In this document: positions 24,801-37,600 of the stretch, piece after piece | How positions within the stretch are numbered: the first letter of the stretch is position 1 | How the letters are laid out: the number at the start of each line of letters is the position of its first letter | Assembly (NCBI RefSeq): GCF_964204645.1 | Contig: NC_134033.1 | Span: 454,131-518,130 of the forward strand | Reading direction: 5' to 3' | Source of the DNA: Tubulanus polymorphus | Taxonomy: Eukaryota > Animalia > Nemertea | DNA length: 64,000 nt | The notes under the pieces: model-generated | The model's database searches: none | Told to the model about the DNA's origin: nothing | What the model saw: only the letters and a program-made list of their open reading frames with translations | Made by a program: the position numbers and the translations under genes

Positions 24801-27800
24801 TTTATAGGATACTAGAATAGCCGGATACATGTTCTTAAAGGATAGCAGAATACCAGCTCTAAACTGGATACCAGCCATACCAGGATATGGGCTCTTTCCG
24901 AGCGTGTTGACAGTTCTGACAGGACACCAGCCACTCACCGGAGCCTGTTGACAGTTCTGACAGGATGCCAGCCACTCACCGGAGTGTGTGGACAGTTTGA
25001 CAGGATACCAGCCGCTCACCTAAGTCTGTTGACAGTTCTGACAGGATACCAGCCACTCACCGGAGCCTGTTGACAGTTCTGACAGGACACCAGCCACTCA
25101 CCAGAGCCTGTTGACAGTTCTGACAGGATACCAGCCACTCACCGGAGCCTGTTGACTGATATGAAGGAGTATAGAGGACAGCTGTTTATGTCAGCCCGGT
25201 CAATGGAAATCTTTAAGTGTGATTTATGGATAAACACTAAATCTATAGATTTCAAATCAATGCATTGTTGTCGGCCGGATATTTGAAAGCGGTATTGTCA
25301 TGGTAACGGTTTCAGTAAGATACTGAAGATGATTCTGATATCATCATCCTCATCGTCAGTCCATCTGCTGCCCGCGTCTGTTCAACCATTCAGAGATGAT
25401 GTCAAATACAAGAAGTTTTGTGTTTATGGTAGGCATCGAGAGAGGCAAGAACCACTTCAAACCCCTCCCTTCATGAAGGATCCATTGTGACTAACTCGCC
25501 AAGAGTTTTCTGGTGTCCTCATTGATACTAGAATTGGGGGAGTTAGGTTTTGGACCCCTTTTACACAACGCATAGAGAGCATAACATCGTATCTTAAAAC
25601 ATTAATCACACCTAATAAACACCTATTTTTATTCAAAGGAATAATTGTTGAATTGAGAGTTATGAATTCTATTTATACAGAGTCAAGAATACTTGTGCTG
25701 TGCTGGTGCCGGTATGTGCTGTTTACACCTATTTTAGGACCGATCTTAAAAACCAGTTTTTCAAGTTTTAAGAGTTTTTCAGCCCTTGATGTTTAAACCT
25801 GTTTTCTGAGTATATATTTATCGGCAGAGTTTGGTGTCGTCTCGCGGGCTGTTATTATTATAGCATTCTTACATATATGATAGAATATTATGATTTATGT
25901 AGTTTTTACATCGAAAATATACCAGTGATAACTCGCGAGACCTGCAGGATTTAAGATTGGATTTGAGATATTTCGGATTTATTTGCATCTGATCTGAAAA
26001 TGGCTCAAAGACAGTATAAAATACATGGTGATTTTGATATCAACAGAATTGTAGGTAATGTAAAAAATCTGCACATACCAAGATTAGGGTGGTACCACTA
26101 TCAGGGTGGTGCCGCAATCAGGGTGGTGCCGCAATCAGGCTGGTACCACAATCAGGGTCGTACCACAATCAGGGTCGTACCACAATCAGGGTCGTACCAC
26201 TATCAGGGTGGTGCCACAATCAGAGTAGTACCATGATGAGGGTCTTACCCGGATTAGGATGATGGTCAAGGTCGTACCAGAATTAGGATGGTACCAGGTT
26301 TTACCAGGTGGTACTGCACTCCACTTACCTGGTACTGTGTAGTGAGATTACTGCTGAAAATACCATCAGTATTTGTCTCTTCAAATATATGATCTTAACT
26401 TTAAAAATCTGAACATGATTTCAATTGTTACCAGTAGTAAATAAACCTTGAATACCGGACCAGCAGTAGTTGAGAATGCAGAGTTAACGTTGCTTGACAG
26501 AGACTTTGACCGTTATGGGGGCTATATTTTCGTTTGTATGGGTTTAACAGTTGTGGAGATCAGATTGATATTGTGAGAGTGAGAGATAGAGAGAGACCAG
26601 CTGTTATTATTGATATACAATGTATTCAACTATGACCCATCTATAAAATAGAAAAAGACATTCATATTTTTGCAGCTGATGGTAATTTGTTAATTGATTC
26701 AATATAGACGTGTCGCAATATTTTAGCTAATTCCTGGATTACAGATAATTACAGTCTCCAAACAGTTTCTGCGGTTAGAATTAAATTCATCATGAAATGA
26801 AAATAAACTAATTCTGACTAACCGAATCTCATTACTACATGTACTCCCAAAAATATCAAAACACTCCTAGAAATTTCAAATAACTTTTAGAAAATATAAA
26901 AATACTCCTAAAATATTAAGTTACTCCTGACATATCAAAATACTCGTAAGAGAGTATCAAAATACTTTTAAAAATATTAAAATACTTCTCATAAATTCGA
27001 ATGATTTCTAGCTCATTTTCAATTTAACATCTATTTTCGGTGTCAAATTACTAGAATTAGAATTATAAGGTGTTGCGGTTCCTCTCAGTTAAACTGTGAT
27101 ATAATCTATTTGTAGCTGATGTTGGTGCGGCAGGACACGGAGATCTGAAAGTTGAAATAACCCGTAACGGTTCCCCGGTTCCAGCGTCGGTAACACGTGA
27201 TACAAACGGTGTTTATAAAGTAAGCTTCACGCCGAACGGACCCGGACAATATCTGATCAGAGTCTTCTTCAATGATACTGAAGTGAAAGGTAAGAGATAT
27301 TGCAGTATTCAAGGGGTCCTCGGGCATTGTGGTACCCTTGGGTGCCGTAATACCCTCGGGCGTTGTGGTACCCTTGGGTGCCGTAATACCCTCGGGTGTT
27401 GTGGTACCCTTGGGTGCCAAAAAACCCTCGGGCATTGTGGTACCCTTGGCGCTGTGGTACCCTTGGGGGTTGTGGTACCCTTGGGTGCCATAATACCCTC
27501 GGGCATTGTGATACCCTTGGGTACCATGATACCCTTGGGCGTCATGGTACCCTAAGGCATCATGGTACCCTCGGGCGTTGTGGTACCCTCGGGCGTTGTG
27601 GTACTGTGTTACAAGTTGATATTTCTATGTGTAGGATCACCGTTTTATTTGAATGTTGCCGATGCTACTGCCGTTACCGTACAAGGTCAAGGTCTACAGA
27701 CGGCGTCTCGAAGTGGAGTGGCTTCGTTCGTTATTCAAGCTCCGGGAATCAATAAAGACGATATTAAAGTCCTCATTAAAGGTAAATCGGATAATCCTCT

Positions 27801-30800
27801 TAATCCGGATTAATTCCATCGTCATTAATCTGATAATCATGCGGATTAACTGATAAATTTGCAGCCCCGAATGGTCAACAATTAGCGGCGAGGGTGATCA
27901 GTATCGGAAACGGAGATCATAGAATTGAATATTCACCGATTGGAGTCGGTAAGATATAAAAACACGACCCGCGGGACCGGTTCCATAGTCATGACTTAGA
28001 CTTAACACTAGTCTAAGACCATCTAAGTTCTATAGACAATCTAACAAATAAGACTAGTCTTAACATTAAAGACCACTTTTGGACTTAAGTCACGACTGTG
28101 CAACTGGCCCCAGCACCCGGTCTACTGGTCCCATTTATAAAGTTCTGGGACTGGAGCCCAGTACCGGATTCTCTGGAGCCAGTACCGGATTCTCTGGAGC
28201 CAGTACCGGATTCTCTGGAGCCAGTACCGGATTCTCTGGAGCCAGTACCGGATTCTCTGGAGCCATTACGGGATTCTCTGGAGCCAGTACCGGATTCTCT
28301 GGAGCCCAGTACCGGATTCTCTGGAGCCCAGTACCGGATTCTCTGGAGCCCAGTACCGGATTCTCTGGAGCCAGTACCGGATTCTCTGGAGCCAGTACCG
28401 GATTCTCTGGAGCCCAGTACCGGATTCTCTGGAGCCCAGTACCGGATTCTCTGGAGCCCAGTACCGGATTCTCTGGAGCCCAGTACCGGATTCTCTGGAT
28501 CCAGATATACAGTTGTTAATATTAAACTATATTCTATACGAACAGGATGTTATATAATGGAGATCTACGTAGCTGGAACTGCCGTCCCCGGAAGTCCTTA
28601 CGCCGTAGACGTATATGATAGTAATGCAGCTCGATTGGTCAATAAAAATAAAAAAGAAGGCATGGTCGGAGAGATGGCCAGTTTTGAAAGTAAGTTCTGG
28701 CAGAGTTACGGGGAAAGGGTCGCGGAGATTGTGGAGGGAGAAGGAGTGTCTATATTCTCTGTGTTTCTATAGTTGATTGTACAGACGCTGGTCGAGCTGT
28801 TTTAGAAGTAACCGTACAAAGTCCGTCCGGTCGCGACGTCCCGTGTAACGTCTCACAGAACGGCGATCGATACAATCTGACGTACGTTCCACAGGAATCG
28901 GGCGATTATAAAATATACGCTAAATACGGAGGAGAAGAAATAGGAGGTTAGTTCAGTGTTAGTTTACTCAAGTGTTAGTTTACTCAAGTGTTAGTTTACT
29001 CAAGTGTTAGTAAAAACCAGGGCCCAGTTGCACAGTCGTGACTTAGGTCCAAAAGTGGTCTTAAATCTTAAGACTGATCTTAAGTTGTTAGATTGGCTAT
29101 AGAATTAAGTTTGTCTTAAACTGGTCTTAAGTCTAAGCCATGACTATGCAACTGGCTCCAGTTTCATTAAAACATTTAAATCTATTTAAGAGAAATGAAG
29201 TGCCAGGTTCAAGTAAGAACTGTTCTATAGCACCAACACTTTTATTACTCATTTGTTTCAATTGTTTTTGTATGTTTTTATTTGTTTTATGTTAAATGTT
29301 TATTTCGTGTTGTTTTAAGGTTTTCCTATCACTCAACACTTTATAATTGCGGCCCCGATACCCGTGCCGGTGCCCGTCCAAACGGTTCAAAGAATTGAAA
29401 CGGTTCAGGTCCCTGTCCAAAGAATTGAAACTGTTCAGGTCCCGACCCAACGAGTTGAAAGAATTGAAACTGTTCAGGTCCCGACCCAACGAGTTGAAAG
29501 AATTGAAACGGTTCAGGTCCCGACCCAACGAGTTGAAAGAATTGAAACGGTTCAGGTCCCGACCCAACGAGTTGAAAGAATTGAAACGGTTCAGGTCCCG
29601 AGCCAAAGACTTGAAACAGTTCAAACAGTTGTACGAAATGTTGAAGGTGAGATGATGAACTCTGACGTTTGCGATGAAACTAATATAGATTTAACCGATG
29701 AATAAGACTCACATAACTCTGTTGAGTTAAAGTAAAAAAAGCGCTGATTTTTACTTCAGAATCAGCACTAAGACAGGGTTACAGTCAGGCGTATGATCAG
29801 GGCTACGATCGAGGCTATGATCAAGTTGATTTTGAGGTGTTAGTTCGACAAGGTCAGTCTATAGATAATATAGATATATACGCGCGCACAGTACTAACTG
29901 AAATACAATATAATGGACAATATACCATAAACATCTCGCACAATAGAGATTATATATATTCTATTAACCATTTCATCGCAGTTACTCGTGGATAAGCAAC
30001 ATCCATGAATTAAATCTATTCAAAAACAAATCGCACGCTCGTTCAAAATGGCCGCGACTATAACTTCTAACGTACCGGGATATTTTCTAGTTGAGTGTCA
30101 GAGTGATAATTAATCCCGCTTTCTAATAACGCCTTGTATTACTACAAATTAATGCTTCATTACGTAATAATATATATATAGTAGATATCAATATATATAT
30201 GAATTACTAGAATGATATAAATATGTATGAAGTATAAGCTTTGATATACCTCCTTACGTAGGCACTGATAATATACAGACTAGGTACCGCCTGATAAATC
30301 ATTTGTGTTTCACGTTTTGATGGCAGAACAAACTGATGTTTCATTTTCTAACAGGAATTCAGTTAGAATTCAACCCTGGGACCGAGAGCACTGACCGAGA
30401 CGTTGCTACTATTAATACTAGGAGTTCTTTATCTTATTTCAGCTCAAGACATGAAAACTAAGATTTATTTTGATGACTATGGATATCTACTATGTCTCCT
30501 TGTCTAATCACTGTCTAATCAACCTGTCTAATCAACCTGTCTAATCAATCTGTCTAATTAAAGGTTCACCACTGATACAGACAGCTAGTAAGCTGCCAGT
30601 TGCTGCTGATATTATAAAACCAGTCAATTCTAAACTTGTTCAACAAGGTTTGTTTATTTTATGTCACTGCTTCAGGTTCAGGAACTATCTGGTGTTGGCG
30701 GGTGTCTGATAGGAGGGAAACCGGTCTCAGGGCGGAGGGTGTCCAGTCTCAGGGAGGAGGGTGTCCTGTCTCAGGTCTGTGAGATGAGGAGGGTGTCCGG

Positions 30801-31591
30801 TCTCAGGGAGGAGGGTGTCCAGTCTCAGGGAGGAGGTTGTCTCAGCTCTGCGAGATGAGGAGGGTGTCCTGTCTCAGGTCTGTGAGATGAGGAGGGTGTC
30901 CGGTCTCAGGGAGGAGGGTGTCCAGTCTCAGGGCGGAGGGTGTCCAGTCTCAGGGAGGAGGTTGTCTCAGCTCTGCGAGATGAGGAGGGTGTCCGGTCTC
31001 AGGGAGGAGGGTATCCAGTCTCAGATAGGAGGGAAACCGGTCTCAGGGAGGAGGGTGTCCTGTCTCAGGGAGGAGGGTGTCCTGTCTCAGGGAGGAGGTT
31101 GTCCGGTGTTGGTTCATCCAGGTCCCGTTCCTGAAGGTGTTGGTTTCTCGCTGGTTTCAGTCTAAGTTTAGTTTCTATATTTAGATCAGGTATGTGTGTA
31201 ATAATGCATGTTTATAGTTTCAGTAATTGGTAACCCGGTCCCTCGTATGAGACGTAGATCTTCAGCTTCTATCCTTACCTCAGGTTCATTTACTCTACAT
31301 TCATAGCGATGATCACGATCAGTTTGGTGATCACGCTCAGTTTCAGTGATCACGCTCAGATTTGGTGTGATCACGCTCAGATTCGGCGTGATCACGCTCA
31401 GATTCGGCGTGATCACGCTCAGATTCGGCGTGATCACGCTCAGATTCGGCGTGATCACGCTCAGATTCGGTGTGATCACGCTCAGTTTTTATGAGGTTAA
31501 GGTTTTACTTGATCCGCTGGGAATCTTTTTCTGCTTTTTGCTTTCGTTTTATAATTTGTGCTTGCGGCTTATTTTCATTTTCAGAAATGCA

Positions 31592-31638
<47 letters not shown>

Positions 31639-34600
31639 GAAAGATGTCAATTAATGGTGTTGAATTACCAGTAGGTTTACCCCATTACACAACAGGTATA
31701 CACACATCCATACACACACAAACTACTGGGGTCACTAGTTCTGGGCCAATCCTTGCTTGATACATCAGTGATGTACCCATAGCTGGGTACTGCGGTAACT
31801 GGGTACTGCGGTAACTGAATACTGCGGTAACTGGGTACATCAACACTTTAGAATACATATAATAAATAAAACAATCTTTCGGAATGAACAATGAACCTCT
31901 ATTTCCACCACTGTTTGGAGGATGAAATTGATTCTGATTTATTCAACCTTTTTAAACTATGAATGATTTTTATCAGGAATTCTTGAGGCTGACGACGTTT
32001 TGAAAGGAGAATGGATTTTATCATCGAGCCCGGTACAGTCAGGTGCGTCTACACACAACACCTACAGGTGGCGCCACTAAAACACAAACCTTCGATTGCT
32101 AAATTTCTCGGGTAGCAGTGAACTCTGCAGCGGTGGCACCATCTATATATTCAACAGGGAACTATGTGATCAATACTTGTCTCACACGTCTGTCCTTACA
32201 GCATGGATCTCATCGCTATAAACACAAACTACTACAAACAACATGTCAAATCTTCCCCTATTAACACAAACACTGACAGAGATCATTCCTTCTACTTCAC
32301 TAAACAAACCTGATAATCCCTCTCTCCCGCCCCCCTCCCCCTATCTATCAGTTACTAATGGAAGAAAATGTTTTCTGAATTGTGTTCTCTAAATGTTGTA
32401 TTGTATATGATCAGAGTTTCTCTTTATTTTTACAGGTTTCGATTGAGAATTAATTTCACTCACGTATTTTTACTCCCTATCATTACAAATATCTGTGTTA
32501 AATCTGCCGATTAGTTTAGATTTGACACGATGCACTGCAACTTAATGAAATATTCATTCATTGTTTATGAAATTTAGAACAACCAGCAACAACAAAAGTG
32601 ATAGAAACAGAAACAATTGAGGCTGTCGTGGAGGAGGAGAAAGGTTTGTTTCATCATCATAACTGACCGCTGCTGTTGGCTACTGACCAGTGCCCTTGAC
32701 CAACTGACCACTATGATATAAATCGAAACACGATCAATTAATATCCATAATCCATAACTACAAGACCAACTAATGCCTGAACTCTTACGAGACCAAGTGA
32801 CCAGTGCTCTAACCATAGCAACAAGACTGACCACTGCTCTAACCATAGCAACAAGACTGACCAGTGCTCTAAACTTAGCAACAAGACTGACCAGTGCTCT
32901 AACCATAGCAACAAGACCAAGCGAGCAGTGCTCTAACCATAGCAACAAGACTGACCAGTGCTCTAACCATAGCAACAAGACCAAGCGAGCAGTGCTCTAA
33001 CCATAGCAACAAGACTGACCAGTGCTCTAACCATAGCAACAAGACCAAGCGAGCAGTGCTCTAACCATAGCAACAAGACTGACCAGTGCTCTAACCATAG
33101 CAACAAGACCAAGCGAGCAGTGCTCTAACCATAACAACAAGACTGACCGTGCTCTAACCATAGCAACAAGACCAAGCGAGCAGTGCTCTAACCATAGCAA
33201 CAAGACTGACCAGTGCTCTAACCATAGCAAAAAGACCAAGCGAGCAGTGCTCTAACCATAACAACAAGACTGACCGTGCTCTAACCATAACAACAAGATG
33301 AAGTGACCCATGCTCTAACCATAGCAACAAAACCATTTGTTGACCAACTGACTAGTTTCCTAATCATCAAGTCTGATTTGCATAATTGATAAAACAGCTA
33401 CCCCTGGTAATCACACACTGTAACTTTATTGACTCTTAAAAACGGCCTGATTTCAGGTGGTAACCTGGTAACCCCTTTCAGCTGTTTGTTACTTACTAAT
33501 ATTTATAACTGCTTGGTGTATTTTTCCTTACAGTTCATTGATAAAAAGCAGCTGCATTTTAATATTTTAGCCTCAAAAATTATTCTTTTTTTCTTGATGT
33601 TGAAATTGATGCTGTACGTTTTATTGCTTTTTTCTTCCAAATGAAATTTAGTTTATTTTAGTTAAATATAATTGAATAAGTAAAAAGTGAGCTGAAAATT
33701 AATTAACATGACTTTAATTCAATGATATTTATTTCAGTGAAATAATTTCTAATTTTTATTTCTGAAACAGGATCACCGATAACTCAAAGGATTGACGACG
33801 GTGTAGACTATATCACGGTCACCGGAGACGGACTGATTCGGGCCGAGGAAGATAAACCCGCGTTTTTTAGAGTCGACACAAACGGACGAAAAGGAGAACT
33901 ATTCGTACAGGTCGACGGTAAGAGATGGCCGCCTTTATACGATCACCCTATGACATCATCAAACTAGTCAATTCATCCTTAGACCTATCCAGAAAAGATG
34001 TCCACCTTCATAGAATCACCCTATGACATCATCAAACTAGTCAATTCATCCTTAGACCCATCCAGAAAAAATGTCCGCCTTCATAGAGTCACCCTATGAC
34101 ATCATCAAACTAGTCAATTCATCCTTAGACCTATCCAGAAAAGATGTCCGCCTTCATAGAGTCACCCTATGACATCATCAAATTACAACTACAATATCTT
34201 AGCTTTCGAGCTGGTTATTGTAAATGAATTAGGTTATATAATTCTTGCATTTTCTTTGATGATGATGTCATAGGGAGATTAACGTAGTCAGCCATTTGTA
34301 AATAGTCAGAATCGTTCAGTGTTTTTGGTCGGCAAAAAAACTATTCTCAATTTCGTATTATTTTTATGTAAATTTGAATCAGGAAGAAAAGGTATGAAAA
34401 ACAAAAAACATAATCAGGAAAAATGAATGATTTTCCTCACGTTTTCTATTTATGTCTGCACTCAATAATTAAATAGATTATTTTGCTGTGAACTATATGA
34501 ATAATTCAAGAAATACACCGGTGATTGACTCCGGGAGTCATTGACTCCGATAGTCAATTCAATAAGCATGCCGTACACTCTTTTCAATTAGTCGAATTAT

Positions 34601-37600
34601 ATTCATTTACAGAAATTTTCTATAATTTTTCCAGGCAAATTCGTGACCACACATAAAATCAGTAAAATCATCTTTAATTCAGAAATAATCGCTTGCACAA
34701 ATTTCGCTACTTTTTGAACAATTCCGGATGTGATTCTTTCATTTTTTGTTGATTTGAGGAAAAGAAGCTCCGATCTCGCTGCTTGAGTTTGGCTCGTTCT
34801 CGTTTTGTTTCTTACGGGTGGATTAAGAAAATCTTGTCTAAGAATATCTGAAATCGTTTTTATAAATTTCTGGTTTCGATTTCAGGGCCGAATTCGATCG
34901 CTAAATGTAATATCGAACCGGAAGGAGAAGGTGTTTACGGAGTGACCTATATACCTGTAGAGGTCGGAATGTACGATATCACTATCAGATGGAACGGAAA
35001 AGATATACCAGGTATAGAAACTAGGATGTGGAGCCAGGCAAAATAAGTGAACAGTTTGAAATTTGTCAGATATTACCATGATTTATCAATCAGCAAGCAG
35101 TCTGGCTGGCTGAGGGGGGCAGGCTCTAGGCTGTGAGGGGTGCAGGCTACAGGCTGTGAGGGGATGCCAGACTATAGTTGTAATGTATTGTGTATATATT
35201 AACAGGAACACCGTTTCATCCAGCTGTTGTTGACGTGCGTAAAGTTCAAGCAGTCGGAGGCTGGAATCACATCATAGACGCGAACGATCAAATTCATCTG
35301 AGAGTTAACGACGAGAAAATCATTCCACTCGATACGTCGAACGCCGGTCCAGGTAACTATAGCTACCGTTACAATAATTGAACCTGTTAGATACGAGTTG
35401 AGATGTCAGACAGGTGTTTAATGATTTGCGTTTGAATTGTAGGTAGATTACGCGCGGAAGTTGCCGGACCGACCGGCACTTTACCTGTAACTATAGACGA
35501 TAAATACAATGGCATGCATCATATTAGATTCGTACCCGTAGCTGAAGGTTTGTGATTTAATACATCGCATCAACGACTAACAGGCTTTAGAGGCTGGTTC
35601 CATAGTTGAGAGGCTGGTTGCATAGTCGAGGAGGTTTAGATCTAACACCTGTCTAAAGACCATCTTGGTTCTACAACCATTCTATCAACTTAAGACCAGT
35701 CTAAACTCATTTTGGTTCTATAACCAATCTAACAACTTAAGACCAGTCTAAACTCATTTCGGTTCTATAAAAAATCTAACAACTCAAGACCAGTCTAAGC
35801 TCATTTTAGTTCTATAGCCAACCTAACAACTTGTGACCAGTCTAAACTCATTTCGGTTCTATAAATAATCTAACAACTTAAGACCAGTCTAAGCTCATTT
35901 TGGTTCTATAGCCAACCTAACAACTTGTGACCAGTCTAAACTCATTTCGGTTCTATAAACAATCTAACAACTCAAGACCAGTCTAAGCTCATTTTGGTTC
36001 TATAACCAATCTAACAACTCAAGACCAGTCTAAACTCATTTTGGTTCTATAAACAATCTAGCAACTTAAGACAAGTCTAAGCTCATTTTGGTTCTATAAC
36101 CAATCTAACAACATGAGACTAGTCCTAAGATTAAAGTCCACTAAATGGCTCAAGTTTTGACTGTGGAACCAGCCTGCTCAGGCACAGAATTTGTTCGCTG
36201 CCCCCTTCCTGAGTTAGCTGAACAATCTCTGCTCTATCGTGTGAACTATGATTCAGTCTCATATTTCTGGAGAATTTTAATACTTTTAAAACTTAATGAA
36301 ATAAATGTTGATTTCAGGAAAACACATAATCAAAATCTATTGGTCGGATATCCCGTTACCAAGGACACCGTTAACAGGGATCGCTGTCCGTCAAGAATTA
36401 CCCGTCGATCATACTAAAGTCGTTTTGATTGGTCGAGGTTTGAAGGAGGCTCGAGTTAAAGAAGAGGCGGAGTTTATGATTGACGGCAGTGAGGCGGGGC
36501 CTGGTCAACCGGAGGTGAAGATGTCCGGAGTTAAAGCAGATATCGACGTTAAAACAGTTCCGATCGGTGACGACAAATACAGATGTACTTATATTCCGGT
36601 TCTACCAGGTCAGTGGAAAAATATTATCATTTTATTGAATCGTTGAAGTCATCGAGAATGAGAAGGTCCTTATCAGTAACTAATCATAATTTTACTGAAT
36701 CATTGAAGTCATTGAGAATGAGAAAGTCATCATCAGTAACTAATCATAATTTTACTGAATTGTTGAAACTGATTGTATGTATTTCAGGGGCGTATCTATT
36801 AAACATACACTGGTCCGATCGACAGGTTCGTGGATCTCCGTTTAAAGTTAACGTCAGTCCGATGAGCGACGCCAGTAAAGTTCTCTGCGCTGGGGAAGGT
36901 TTAAAAACCGGCGTTTTGGGTAAAGACATAAAATCATTGATCGATACAAGAAGAGCTGGACCAGGTACGAAAATATAACAGCTTCCATTAATCCCCCTAT
37001 GACATCATCAAATTATTTTCTGGTTATTTGATCTTTAAAAACATTCAGAAAAGATGGCTGCCTCCATTATACCCCCTATGACAAAATCAAATTATTTTCT
37101 AGTTATTTGATCTTTAAGATCGCCCAGAAAAGATGTCTGCCTCCATAAATCTCTCTATGAGATCATCAAATTATTTTCTGGTTATTTGATCTTTAAAGAA
37201 CATTCAGAAAAAATGTATGCCTCCATAAATCCCCCTATGACATCATCAAATTATTTTATAGTTATTTGATCTTTAAGAACATTCAGAAAAGATGGCTGCC
37301 TCCATAAATCTCCCCAATAACTAAGTAGCTAATAAATTGATGTAATAATATTATGTAGGTGAATTGACAGCTCATTGTATGGGTCCACACGATGTTGCGT
37401 ATTGTGAACTATACGATCACCGCGACGGAACGTTTACACTGAATGTAAAACCACAGGAACCGGGACGACACGTATTAACTGTTAAATACAGCGGTGAACA
37501 CGTACCAGGTACAGAGATCTTATCGTTAGATATCAGAGAATTATCAAACCTTCTAATACAGGGTGGCGCCACTGACCTCAACAACTCGGGGAAACAGAAA

